From assembly GCA_047967505.1 (NCBI GenBank), contig CM106538.1: DNA of 64,000 nt, one strand, 5' to 3'. A model generated the notes under the pieces. It searched no databases. It saw only the letters and a program-made list of their open reading frames with translations, and was not told the DNA's origin. This DNA comes from Dipteris shenzhenensis. Its lineage: Eukaryota. This document shows, piece by piece, positions 1 through 12,499 of this stretch; position 1 is the first letter of the stretch, and each line of letters begins with the position of its first letter. The translations under genes and the position numbers were made by a program.

Positions 1-445
1 ATATCACTAGCAACACTCAGCAAATGGAATGTGTATCAGCTTGATGTCAAGAATGTATTTCTCAATGGTTATCTAGATGAGGAAGTCTACATGAGGTCTA
101 CATGCAACAACCAGTAGGTTATGTTGAACCAGGAAAGGAGAATAAGGTTTTCCACCTCAAGAAAAGTCTCTATGGCTTAAAACAAGCCCCCAAAAGTTGG
201 TACAGTAGAATTGACAAATATTTTGCTGATCTGGGATACATGAAGTCCAATGCAGATCATACTCTCTACTACAAAGTTCAAGGGGAAGACATTACTATTG
301 CACTTTTGTACATAGATGACCTGATTGTGACAGGAAGCAAGGATAGCTTCATCAAAAAATGGAAACAAGACTTATCTACAAAGTTCAACATGAAAGATCT
401 TGGACTTATGCACTATTGTCTTAGAATTGAGTTCTGGAGAGATTC
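1..445 (+). mobile_element. Ty1/Copia reverse transcriptase fragment (degraded)
   Basis: QLDVKNVFLNG at the window start, then ORF 102-494 with LKKSLYGLKQAPKSWY, LYIDDLIVTG and MKDLG motifs. Confidence 0.93.
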
Positions 446-860
446 AGATAGCACATTGATGAGTCAGCTTGTATGCTTTTCTTTCTTCACTTAAGCCAAC
501 CATGATGCATTTTCGTGACTTTGCATCCAATTTTCTTCGATGATCATCATGTACGTGGGCATATGCTATGCAACCAAATATGTGGAGATGCCCAATGTGT
601 GGCTTGTGTCTAGTGAATGCTTCATAGGGATTCATACCCTGTATTAGTTCGATAGGAAGCCGATTAATCAAGTAGTTAGCTATAGCTATTGCTTCTACCC
701 AATACTGATTTGAAAGATGATTTTCACTAAGCATTGCTCCAGCACTGTCTACTAAAGTCTCATTCTTCCTTTTAGCTCGTGCATTCTACTGAGGAGTATC
801 TGCACATGTGAATTGTCTTCGAATGCCGTGATTTTTGCAAAAGTTCATGAATGCTGAAGA
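446..860 (-). mobile_element. Ty1/Copia integrase C-terminal fragment, inverted relative to the RT fragment
   Basis: ORF 444-734: YWVEAIAIANYLINRLP...HLHIFGCIAYAHV...KLDAKSRKCIMVG. Confidence 0.9.
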
Positions 861-939
861 CTTGACGTGGCAGTCGGTGATGATGTGGCAGATAGGATTG
901 ACACGTGGCAATTTTGAGACGCTTATCTACCACATGGCA

Positions 940-1375
940 CTATGCAGGGCATGTGCATAGTAGGAGATCCACTTCTGGTTATGTGTTCACCTTTGCAAGT
1001 GGTGCAGTGTCGTGGATGTCTTGCACACAGAAGTGTGTTGCTTTGTCTACCACAGAGGCTGAGTATGTTGCAGCCACAGAGGGTTGCAAGGAGGCTATAT
1101 GGCTTGATTGGCTAGTGGGGGATTTGGGAATTCATATAGGTGTAGCAGCATTGCATAGTGATTCCATGAGTGCTATTCAGCTAGCACGGAATCCAGTCTT
1201 TCATGCAAAGACCAAACACATTGAGGTCAGGTACCATTTCATCAGGGAGGTACTTGAGGACAAGCGCATAGAGCTTGTCAAGGTTTATACAGATGATAAC
1301 CCTACAGATATGCTGACGAAGAGTCTACCTAGTCAACGGTTTGAGTATTGTCATGCATTGATGGGCATTGGATAG
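940..1375 (+). mobile_element. Copia RNase H (end of pol)
   Basis: RRSTSGYVF, SWMSCTQKCVALSTTEAEYVA, NPVFHAKTKHIEVRYHFIRE, stop at 1375. Confidence 0.93.
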
Positions 1376-1598
1376 TATGCTCACTGGTTGTTCCCCCTTA
1401 AAGGCACATTGTCCTTTAAGTGGGAGGTTGTGGGGGTTAAAGGTCACTGTGCCTTTACCCCGGTTATGTACAATACTCAAAAACATATATAAATGAATGA
1501 AAAAGAAGATTAGGGTGTTCTGCACCCACCAAAACTTGTGTGGCTCTCTGCTTCTCTCTCTCCCTCTTCTGTTCTTGCTTCCGTTGAGAGCACTCTCA
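1376..1598 (+). repeat. Copia 3' UTR, PPT and ~170-bp LTR (LTR 1429-1598), copy 1
   Basis: Purine tract AAGTGGGAGG precedes a TG...CA segment; near-identical copy at 3976-4198. Confidence 0.8.
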
Positions 1599-1599
1599 G

Positions 1600-1786
1600 G
1601 TGCTGTGAAAACACATGGAGTAGAGCTACTGGTGGCTGGATTGTCCAATGGTCTAGGTGTAGACCCATCGACATACTCCCATTTTTCCTAAAGCACAAGA
1701 ATGGTCTCGATTTGGTATTTCCATGTACCGTAATTGGAGTTGTCTAACTTAGCAGATGTCTCCACATTGAGGTTGCTAGTCGACAT
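1600..1786 (-). mobile_element. Copia gag N-terminal fragment
   Basis: Manual translation from ATG at 1786: MSTSNLNVETSAKLDNSNYGTWKYQIETILVL*EKWEYVDGSTPRP (KLxxxNYxxWK gag motif). Confidence 0.75.
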
Positions 1787-1939
1787 GGTGCAAGAAATGT
1801 ACTCAAAAGTATTGTGAAGATCTCTGTATGAATCAACTGCAAATACATTGAATATGCCAAGTGAAATCTCTGTACCGTCGGTGAAGATAGAACTATGGTA
1901 TACAAAATCTGATCTGTATTACAAGGCTTGTGGCAATGA

Positions 1940-3020
1940 TGCTAGGAATAGCCTGTAAGAAAATAATACGACGTCTATGCTCAACAGATAATAGGATCTC
2001 GCACGCAAGAGAGAAAACAAGATAGTATGGAGAATCAAAAATTTGATTACTGTAGAACTGATACAATAGATGGCACTGCCTCCCAACCGTGTGCTCCTAT
2101 GAAAGAAGCTTCGATGGTGTTCTAGAAATAGTAGAAGATGGAGGTTGGATGCTAAGGAATCATGGTTGTTGTAGCTAGTGATGAAATGGGCTTCATGGGC
2201 TTGCTCTTATATAGCTACCAGTCATAGTGGGTTAGGCTCAATTGGGTGACTGACCCAGTCCACCCAAAATGGTCGCACAACCCGAGAGTGGGCTGCCCCA
2301 GGAAATGCTCCATCTACCCTCAGTGTGGTCAGTCAAGGGATGCCTTCCTGCACTTGCATGTAGCCTAGTTGGCAGTGTGCCAACTCTATCTGAAGCCATC
2401 CAGCCATCAGGCCACACATGGGCCCCATCTGGTGTCCAAACTAGCACCTATCGGATAACCGAGCTACTCAAATGCCTTTTCCTCATATGGGGGGCTTACA
2501 AGTAGAGTTATCTGGCTCCCACGTAGCTACACAAGAGTGGAGCATTGATATCTAACACCCCCCCTCAATGTCCATCCGCAAGTGAACTTCCTTTTTTGGC
2601 CCAATGCCAAGTCGATGAAGATGCCTCTCTAGCAAGTCTCTTCCAAGAGCCTTCATGAAGATGTCCGCAGCATTCTCTGTAGTTGGACAGTACACCAAAT
2701 CGACCTCTCCATCCATGATGAGCTCGGTACAAAGTGATATTGAATCTCAATGTGTTTTGTGCGAGCGTGGAACACCGGGTTCTTTGCAATCGCCATGCAA
2801 CTCTAATTGTCACATGATAACTACATAGGCTTGTTCTGCACTACACCCATGTCCCCCAAACTCCTCCTCAACCACACTGCCTCGCATGAAGAAAAGCATG
2901 CAGATTTGAACTCGGCCTCGGTAGAAGAAAGAGCAATTGTGGGTTGCTTCTTGCTGACCCATGACACAACTCCAGATCCAAGTGAGAAATAGTACCTTGT
3001 CATTGCTCTCTTGCTGTCCA
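1940..3020 (-). mobile_element. Copia RNase H fragment (2565-3020), PPT and LTR starting at 2557; left LTR limit uncertain
   Basis: SWVSKKQPTIALSSTEAEF motif; minus strand reads GAGGGGGGG then TGTTAG at 2557. Confidence 0.75.
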
Positions 3021-3960
3021 CGTTGTGAAGATAGTGGGACAGAAGGAAGGATTCTCACTTGCGGCTTTCTCACATACACAATGGGGGAATACACACAAAG
3101 GTGGAGGCTGAAAAATAGTTTTCCTCTTCTTAGTTGTGAAAGCCAAAGAAACTCTAGTACAAAGAAATAGAAGAACCCTATATGCGGGTCTCAAACCAAA
3201 CTCAGCTAACTAAGGTGGCATACTAGCTTAGCCATGAACTAGAGTACATAAGGATAGCTGTCATCCAGCTATTATTCATGGGCAATGTACCAACCGCATC
3301 TGCAGCTAACAAGTCGGTGACATAAATGCACAATGGTCACCTTGGCATATCACGAGTGGAACTCGATACCTCAACACTCCCCCTCGAGCTCAATCCCAAT
3401 TCCTGCACACCAAGCAGGTCTCTAAACTTGCGCAGCTTCTCTGCGCCCAATGCCTTCATGCATATGTCAGCTACCTGATCCTCTGTGCTAACATAAACTA
3501 GATCAATAAGACCTAGTAAAACCTTCTCCCACACATAGTGATAATGTACCTCAATGTGCTTTGTTCTAGCATGATAGACTGGTTTATTTGCCAAGTGTAT
3601 ACTACTCATGTTGTCACAATAAATGACAATTGGCCCATCTATAGATTGATGCATATCATAAAGTAGCTTATGCAACAAAGCTACCTCACATGTAGCCATT
3701 GTTGCACCCCTATACTCAGCCTCTGTGCTTGACAAGGCAACTGTAGGCTATTTCTTGATGCTCCAAGCGACTGCAACACTCCCAAAAGAGAACACATATC
3801 CACTGGTAGATCATCTATCTGAAATACTACCAGCCCAATCAGCATCAGTGTATCCATGCAACTGTATCTGAACCCCAGCCTCATAAAATAGTCCATACTG
3901 CAATGTGGACTTCACATACTTAAGTATGCGTCTAGCCGCATCCAAATGCGGTTTCCTTGG
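3021..3960 (-). mobile_element. 3' part of another Copia element: RT end and RNase H (3377-3960), PPT, 3' LTR (3021-3376)
   Basis: ORF 3337-3735 SSTEAEYR...PVYHARTKHIEVHYHY; PPT GAGGGGGAG then TGTTGA; LTR homologous to 7029-7389. Confidence 0.88.
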
Positions 3961-3975
3961 AGCCTGCATAAACTG

Positions 3976-4198
3976 ATGCTCACTGGTTGTTCTCCCTTAA
4001 AGGCACATTGTCCTTTAAGTGGGAGGTTGTGGGGGTTAAAGGTCACTGTGCCTTTACCCCGGTTATGTACAATACTCAAACACATATATAAATGAATGAA
4101 AAAGAAGATTAGGGTGGTTCTGCACCCACCAAAACTTGTGGCTCTCTGTCTCTCTCTCTCTCCTTCTTCTGTTCTTGCTTCCGTTGAGAGCACTCTCA
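3976..4198 (+). repeat. Copia 3' UTR, PPT and LTR (LTR 4028-4198), copy 2
   Basis: Direct repeat of 1376-1598; abuts the truncated transposase. Confidence 0.8.
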
Positions 4199-5924
4199 TT
4201 CTCATACTTTGTATACTCTTTGGAAGAAGAACTTTGGATATGTTAAAATCCCAAGGAGGCAAAAAATGTCAAAGTGCAATGTCTGTGATGATTTAAAGTG
4301 AGCGATTGAGAGTGTAACATGTCCAAATCAAAGGGAATTATACAAAAAAAACCGAAAATCTCATCATGACCTTATTCGACATTTCAGACAAAAATATGCA
4401 TCTTGGAAGGAGCAAGCTATTTCGCATCCCGATGACTACATGTGCCTTATTGTAGATGGCATGGATCAGAATACAACAACATTGCCTCGTTTTGTTGCCA
4501 CTCCACCTAGATTACAAGGAAAGCACTTTCTAAAGACACATCTATGTGGAGTGTTAGTGCATGGAATTAAGTTCTTTGCAAATATATGGATTGATTTCTT
4601 GCATCTACATGATAGCAATCAAGTTGTAGCATCTATTATGAAGGCAATTTGCAATATACATGCAGAAAAAGGTCGCCTACCACTGACTTTGAGAATACAA
4701 GCTGATAATTGTTGGCGAGAAAATAAGAATGTACTCATGTATGCATTCTACTCCATGCTAGTTGCTCATCGAATCTTCAATGAGGTCGAATGTGGATTTT
4801 TGTATGTTGGGCATACACATGAGGATATCGATCAGGTTTTTAGCATAGTCTCAAGGGAGCTTAAATGCAAGGATGTGGAGACAATAGATGACTTGGTAAG
4901 AAGATGTGGCAGGCAAGTTGGTGGTCATAAGGAAAGTACAATATGTGAGAGGCTCGAAAGAATGTATGATTGGAAGAGCTTCATTCTACCTTTCATACAA
5001 ACGAGTGAAGATGCATTGACAGGTCATACCAATCCACACTACTTTCGTTTTTTTTTTAAAGATGAAAAACCTGTAATGCAATGGCAACAGTATTCTCATG
5101 ATACACAATGGGAACCTGAAGAACCTTACAGTTTCTTAACTTTAATTCCCAGCAAGGAAAGGTATCCAACATGGGCTCCTATACAAGAATTCAATGAGAG
5201 GTCTAACTGTGAAATAGAAGGATTAAAAGCATTTATTACATACAAAGAGGAAATGCTCCAGAGATATCCTGATTCGAAGCCTACTTGGAGAGAACACACT
5301 ACCACTGGAATTAACAAGACACGAAATTTAATAAAGGACCTTGAGAGAATGCAAGGCTCAAAGGATGTCAAGGAAGAATGCAATATGTTTTGGCCAAATG
5401 TTCATAACGATTTGCGCCCAACTCCAGTCTTTGAAAATGAATTTGTATCATTACTCCCATGTCCATATTGTGGACCAAAGAAGAGAGAGTTTATGCCACA
5501 AGTAGATATAGAGGTCGATTGTTTTGTTGTGGTTCGGCCATCAGATGATGAATATGAGAATGTGAAGTTTTGGGTTGCAAAAGTAGTTGATGTGCAAAGA
5601 GATGACCAAGGGAGAGCTACAACATTTATAGCGGTATGGTATGAGCCAAAGGCCAGGAAGGAAAATATGGATAATAACACATTGTATACTAATTGTATAA
5701 TGAAGGAATGGGTCCCAAATGATGAAGCGGTCTCTCAAGTTTCAACGGAGACAATCATAGTGTCTTGGCATTCAAGGGCAAAGAAATCAAAGAAGCGCAT
5801 GGGATATGAGGTAGAAGGAAAAATAAAAATACCACATCAAACTATTTTGCATATACACGAATTTTTAAGGATGCTCGCCATGGAGGAAGTAGAAGGAGAC
5901 AGCGCAAATGAAGAATGTCCATGA
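4199..5924 (+). pseudogene. Sola-like (DDD-type) DNA transposase, catalytic and C-terminal half, 5'-truncated
   Basis: The frame extends upstream of ORF 4440 (LYTLWKKNFGYVKIP...SKCNVC, one stop). Motifs: LIVDGMDQ, RIQADNCWRENKN, GFLYVGHTHEDIDQVFS. Superfamily assignment is from motif recall. Confidence 0.75.
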
Positions 5925-6044
5925 TTAAAGCTTTGTATTGAAGTCCATTGAAGGATTTTATTTGGGTACTAGGCAAGAAGCCAATCCAAGATAATTATAA
6001 TCAGATTCATCACCTCCTATGTCAAATGAGAGTCAAAATATGCA

Positions 6045-6430
6045 CTGGATGTTGCCAAGACAATAGGGAGTTAATGCAGATGGCACCTGGCAAGGGACTA
6101 TCACATTGAGCAATAAGACAATAGGGAGTCAATGAACCCAAGGGGCAAGGCTTGGCAAGACAACTTGTGGGAGTTAATGCAGATGGCACCTGTATTTTGC
6201 ATTGAATGTCACCCAAGGGTCAAGGCTTGGCAAGACAATAGGGAGTTAATGTAGATGGCACCTGGCAAGGGACTATCACATTGAGCAATAAGACAATGGG
6301 GAGTCAATGCACCCAAGGGGCAAGGCTTGGCAAGACAAGTGGGAGTCAAATTATGCAGATGGCACCTGGCAAGGGACTGTCGTGACATTGAGCAATAAGA
6401 CAATGGGGAGTCAAATTATGCAGATGACAC
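6045..6430 (+). repeat. Complex tandem repeat downstream of the transposase (possible subterminal repeats)
   Basis: Recurrent GCAGATGGCACCTG, CAAGGCTTGGCAAGACAA and CACATTGAGCAATAAGACAAT blocks, period about 175-185 bp. Confidence 0.85.
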
Positions 6431-6887
6431 GAATTGAGGCTCTTTAAGAGCAACAATTTAAATTGTAAACATATGTTCAATCTATATCATTTTGGATATA
6501 AAAACTCTAGCTGAGAGCAACATCTCTCAATGTAATCATATAATAATAGCTATAATTGCTATTATACCTCTTTGGTTCAATACAAAACTTGGGTCTTATG
6601 GCATCATGTCTTTTTTCTATTTATTAAAAGTTTTAAAAATTTTGTGCATATTGCGAGTGACAATGTCATTTTCATGAAATATTTAAGTCTCCTTTCATGG
6701 ATTTATAAATTTATCACGTTAAGGAAAAACGTCAAGGAAAAATATTAAAAATAATTAAATTAACAAATAACTTAGATATAGCTAGAATTTCTAATACAGG
6801 ATTATTTCAAATTCTTGCATGTTGGTGCAAAAGTATAGATTGAAAAAACAATATTTTTATGTGAATATGATAGTGCCACAAAGTGAA

Positions 6888-6980
6888 CTTTTGATTTGGG
6901 AAGAATATTTTCAGAAAGTAAAATTTTGATTCGGGAAGGATATTTTCACAAAGTAAAGTTTTCATTTGGGAAGGATTTTT
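6888..6980 (+). repeat. Short tandem repeat, about 3 x 35 bp
   Basis: TTTTGATT(T/C)GGGAAG(G/A)ATATTTTCA..AAGTAAA repeated. Confidence 0.7.
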
Positions 6981-7028
6981 GGGCTTCATCCAAAAACAAC
7001 ACAAAAAGTCCAAAATTAATGAAATAGG

Positions 7029-7389
7029 TGTTGTGAAGAGAGTGGGAGAGAAGTAAGGAGTCTCACTTGCAGCTTTCTCACATACACAATGGGGGAATAC
7101 ACACAAAGGTGGAGGCTGAAAACAGTTTTCCTCTTCTTAATTGTGAAATCCAAAAGAACTCTCTCTTAATACAAAAGGAATAGGTGAACCCTATATGTGG
7201 GTCTCAAACCAAACTCAGCTAATCTAGGTAGCATACTAACTGAGCCACTAACTACAGTACATAAAGATATTTGTCATCCAGCTATTATTCATGGGCGGTG
7301 TACCAACCACATCTGCGGCTAACAAGTCGGTGACATAAATGCACAACGGTCACCCTGGCATATCATGAGTAGAGCTCGATATCTCAACA
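7029..7389 (-). mobile_element. Solo LTR of the family seen at 3021-3376
   Basis: TGTTG...CAACA termini, high similarity to 3021-3376; no PBS or PPT next to it; flanks ATAGG/TAGAG are not a perfect TSD. Confidence 0.85.
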
Positions 7390-7398
7390 TAGAGTTTT

Positions 7399-9257
7399 TT
7401 GCTAAAAAACACAATTTCAGTGTATTTAACTAGAAAGAAGACATATCGCTTTTTTTTACAAAGAGGAGCTAACCATCCAAGTGATACAGGTGATGCATCA
7501 AGACCTGTCAGGATGACCATTGACCTCTTAGCTTATGCTGTAAGGGAGGAGGAATCTCCTGGTAAGAATTTCTTTATGAGTGCTTATGTTTCTTTTTAGC
7601 ATTATATATGCAGGACTCAATTTTAATTTTGTATGATGCAATCAAAAAAAGAAATGCCAATGACAAGAGTTCAGACAAAGGTGGATAGAAAGTTGTTGAG
7701 GGGAAGGAGGAGGAAAAGAAGTCACCCCAATTGCAGCTCTTTGAATTTCCACAAAAGTCACAAATACCATGAGATGTTCAATAAGGAGATGATTTGCAGT
7801 CTCTTCTAACATAGCACAAGTATGAATCCTTCCACAAGCTGACAGTTGAAGGATCAAAAGTTGTCAACAGTAAAACTTTTGTACATATCAAGGACATTAC
7901 CGCAAATGATAGGATGAGGTATCAAATGCACAAGCTATTTGATAGTTTTGAAGATTGCCACAAGGGAATCTTCATTGTACACAAGGGCAATTGTAGGATC
8001 ATACTTGAAGAGTCACTTGCATTTGCCATGTATGTACACTATGTTGATCGATCAGTTGAGGACACAAAGGATAGCAATGAGGAAGAGAACACAAAAGATA
8101 ATTCAGACCTACTAGAAGTGGAAGAGAAGATCGACCCAAAAGAGGAGGAGCTTGCAATTGTAGCATTGGACCTAGTGGCCTTAAAAAAGGAGACCCTAAG
8201 ATGTTGATGCTAAGAGCTCTGACCTCACAGTGCCCATTCTTCCCTCATTCAATATTGAGGGAAAAGATTATGTCTAGTTGTATGACATAAAATGCCTATT
8301 TAATTTGAGAGAAGATTATGTAGTTGCCCTTATTGCATAATCTTGCAGGATTGACAAGGAAGTAAGGATTGATGATGATCCTTTGTTAGAGATGGAGGAA
8401 AATTCAATCCTTCAGAAGCATTGTCCATCTATTTTGAGCAAGACAAAATGTATGAAGAGGTGGATGAGACAATCTTCTAGGAAACCCAAGCACAAATGAA
8501 CATCATAGCAAGCTTGGATATCACTCAGAGCTCTGAGGGGAAGGAGGAGATGGGTATCTCCTTGTTTAATGATAATATACTAGAGAAAGATGAGAATATT
8601 GAGGTAAGGCACCTTTCTTGAATTTGGAGTTTAGATATGCAATTTGATGGTCTCTTTTAAATCTAAGTGTGTTTTGCGTATGGCAGTTGTTCGTTGAAGA
8701 TGACACATGATTCCTCCTGAGGGTAGCTGGAAGTAGAATTCCTAGGCTTGGTAAACTATCAAGCCTTTCTCATTATATTAAAGACCTATCTGCTACAAAG
8801 ATACTGATTTTTAGCAAATTGCTTAGCAACTATGGAGTTGCTCTTACTTATTTTTTCAAGTGTTTGTCAAAATTTTTGGGTGGTCATCCTATATCGTGGC
8901 AAACAGATAAGATCATTTTGATAGAGAAGCGGTCTACTTTAATAATTTTTGCATGTTATACTGGAAAGCAAGGCTCAAGAGCTGGTTACTTTTTGACATA
9001 TACTGCCTGGGCACTAGCTTGTGATGTAAATGATCCCCTCTCCTTGGAAGCTTATGGAAAGCATAAGCTCATAAGGAATCGAGAGCCTTCTTTGGTGGCC
9101 CTTCCCGACAAAACAGATGAAGAGTAAACTGCGACCACAACAACTCTTGCACAAGATGAGAAGAGTTTGGTTGCTTTTCAGCTCAAGAAAAAAAGGTCTC
9201 CAATCAAAGTCATAAGAAGGATTCCAAGAAAATTTGGTAAACCATTAGAAGGATAGC
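7399..9257 (+). pseudogene. Degraded intron-containing gene of unknown function, probably a transposon accessory gene
   Basis: Long coding-like frames broken by stops (ORFs 7399, 7914, 8819); GTAAG...CAG intron-like segments near 7562-7613 and 8604-8686; acidic, E/K-rich; limits approximate. Confidence 0.5.
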
Positions 9258-9516
9258 CTCTATGGCATTGTATATTTTACAAGATAGAAGTAGAATTGAA
9301 TTGTGAGAACACTGTCATTTTAGAATATCTTAGTTATGTTTATGTCTATTTGTGACAAAAACAATGCACATTTTGAAATAGAAATATTGTAGTAATTTCA
9401 AATATTTCAATGGTTGCATACAATGACTTCTTATGAATGAAAGATCCAAGTCTTGTTCATTGCAAAAAAAAAATTGTTACATTTAATGACACCTATTGAT
9501 GAACAAGGTTTAGCAC

Positions 9517-12096
9517 TTAGCTTGTATCTACCCATTTGTGCTTTATAAATATCTTTGAGTGTCTCCACTAAGCATATCTTTGTGCTGCATTTGAGTTCTC
9601 CAAAATCTGCGTCCTTTCCTTTTTATCCAATTTGAAAGCTAGCTTAACCTGTGATGTATTAACTTTCTTCTTGGCTTGAAGCCTTTGTAGTATTCCTTGA
9701 TAGAACTACTGAAAGACTTCTTTTAAACTATTGTCTTTCTGTTTTCCTTGAAAATATTGTGTATGTCTAAAGAATGCATTCCATGCCATGTAGTGTGATG
9801 TCTCCATTCCCTATGTGGACCAAATTGTAGGGCATCCGTATTTTTTTACAAAGAAAGGAAGGTGATTGTAGATTATATGCTATTTTGATACATAGGCAAG
9901 TGGGCATTAGAATATATAAAACTAATTGTGTTTGCTTTTTAACAAAAACATGCACAAAAATAGGATATTGTTTTTACCTCGTTTTTACCATGTAATGAGT
10001 GATGTTACATGCTGTCCAAGCCTCTTTCATTGCCTTTCCAAAACTCTTTACCGCTTCTTTAAATGCTTGTTGATCATTTTTGCTAAAGGTAGCTTGATCG
10101 CAAAAAACAAAAAGCTTATCTAAGCATTTCCACACTTCTGCCTTGACATCACTTGCCAATCCGTCTGCCTGATGATCTTTGACAGCATTGTGTACTTTTC
10201 TCCACAAGTTATACTTTATCCTTGATACATATGTTGTTTTACTGTCATTTATTTTTCTTTTCTCTAGATGAGACAAGAATCTTCTAGCCTTTACTCCACC
10301 AATAGATGGCTTGATAGGAACATGTTTTCCATTTGTAGATTTTTAAAGATCCTTTGTAATATATACATCTCCTCTATGGAGACCAATTTCTGATAGCACT
10401 GCTTCTAATGATTATAGTGCCTTTTTTCTTCTGATCTCGCGGCGAAGTTTCCATGCAAATCCAATATATAGGAAAACTAGTTTCTCAATGATCCTACATA
10501 ATGCATGCAATGTACAAATGTGAACATTGCATAATGGGATCTCAAGAATTGCTTTGAAAATTTTATCTACTTTATGTCTGTTGGGAGCTCTTTTCCAACA
10601 TTTAGAATCTAAGACATGCATTGGTTCATTGCAGTATAAGCAAGGAGACTTTGAGTTACCCCCTTTGCTTATATTGAACATACACTTTAGTGTCTTCAGG
10701 TCACCTGCCATATGCCATTCAATTTGAAAATTACCCTTCCCTGGAACATGAAGATGGCATCCTTGGACTTGACTCTTTATAATTGATGGTATATATGCTT
10801 GATGAAATACCCAATAAAGTATTGCATGGTCCTCAGTCTTCACCTATAATTTAAAACCATAGATTTGCAAGATATATGATATAAATTTATAACATTTCGA
10901 GTAAAGACTAATTTGGAAGGCGATAGTTTACATACCTCAAATGAGCCCAACCACCATACATGCTTTTTTGACTGGACATTGAAGTACTTTGAGCTAGACT
11001 TTGTGATCGATTGATCAAGTGCTCAATTCATCAAAGTGATAGAAACTCTCTGTATCTTTTTTTCCTTGACAATTTCACACTCATCAAGCTTCATAACAAA
11101 CTTTCCTGGTTGACATGACCTCATTCTTGACCTCATTCCTTCCACACTTGTGCTAGTGTTGGTAACAACACACATTTTATCGTTGATCTTTTAATGTTGA
11201 TGACACAACTCTAAATATTGAAGCATATCCCTTTCTACTCACTCCGCTCACATCAAGAGCCTCTTTAATTTTGTGACATCAACTTTACTTTCCGATACAA
11301 AGTCTTCAAGGACTTCACGTTTTACCTTCTTAAACTTATTTTCCTCCATCATGTTCTTTGCAACAATAGTAGAGACTAAACCCTTCATTTGTTTGATGGG
11401 AATTAAATTAGGATCAATGTTTTCTTTCTGAGGTCTTAAAATTTCCTTGCAACAAGTACACTTTGCAATATCACAGATTTTCTTGCAAGATAGACACACA
11501 TATACAAATACAATGGCTAAACAAGATGTACTATTACCTTGCTTTTTGTACTCTACGCTTACATCCTCTAGTGCCAGCTTTCAACTCTACAATGTTTTGA
11601 ATTCTCTTGCTTTGTTGTCTGTCTCCAAGAATTGTTCTCTTCATTCTTGCTCTTTGCAGCTCATTCTTTATCTTTGAATGCTCTTCGATTTCCCTTTGTA
11701 GCTTCTCTTTCAAGTCTAAATTTATTGACATTTCTTCCGCCTTCTCCATTCTTTCTTAGGCATACAATGTCTTGTACATTTCCGCAATTGAATGTTGAGT
11801 CGAAATGTATCCATACATTCCATTGTTCCCATCACCCACAAACCTCAATAGAATTTTTGGATTAGAAAATGGAGGGCTCGAATTTCTCAATGGACATTTT
11901 GGGTAAATCTGTTCGTCATGCCATAATTCGATATGTTGGGAGCCTGCTCTTCTCATATTTTCCTTTCGCTCAGCATTTACAAGCGGAACCTTTCCTCTTT
12001 TCTATAGTGGTGCATATTGTTCTTCTAAATCAATGTGCAAAGGTGTAGTTGCTTCTTTTGAGGTTCTTCTTCAGCAGCATGGTTGCGCGTAACCAT
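9517..12096 (-). pseudogene. RAG1-core/Transib/Chapaev-type DDE transposase pseudogene with two introns (10935-10844, 9988-9880)
   Basis: The spliced translation gives MKLDE, VQS.KH, AGDLKTLK, SPCLYC, HICTLH..RIIEKL and THYM|HIIYNHLPFFVKKYGCPTIWST*GME in order; several in-frame stops. Confidence 0.8.
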
Positions 12097-12499
12097 TTCA
12101 TAAGGGTTGGTTCTTCATCTTGTCTGTTTTTTATAAACTCATCTAATCTTTCACGGTAACGATTCAAATATTTGGAAAAAAATAGATTAGTGATGGCGTA
12201 ATGGGTTCTTTATGAGAGGCCATCAGAACGCTATCGAAAGAGATGCAAAATCCATATGGAGAGTTTAATGCAACATCTTCTCAATTATTTGAAAGGACTT
12301 TTTTATTCCTCCCTAGACTTACACACCTGTAGTCATGAACTAACAAATATCCATATTTTGTTGCTTTCTCCACATTTTAGAAGACAGATAAAAGAGAAAA
12401 TAGTGAATTTCTTACAGGGCCCCAAAATGAGTTCCCTTTTTTCCTAATGAGGTGGTTCTCTCTTGTAATAACAAAAGCAAGCCTAAACACATCATTCAA

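Noticed and set aside
3021-7389. Two similar LTRs as one element that captured the transposase
   Set aside because: No PBS beside 7029, and the outer flanks (GTCCA/TAGAG) do not form a TSD
7399-9257. RAG2-like partner gene
   Set aside because: No Kelch GG repeats or PHD cysteine pattern visible; only the orientation resembles ProtoRAG
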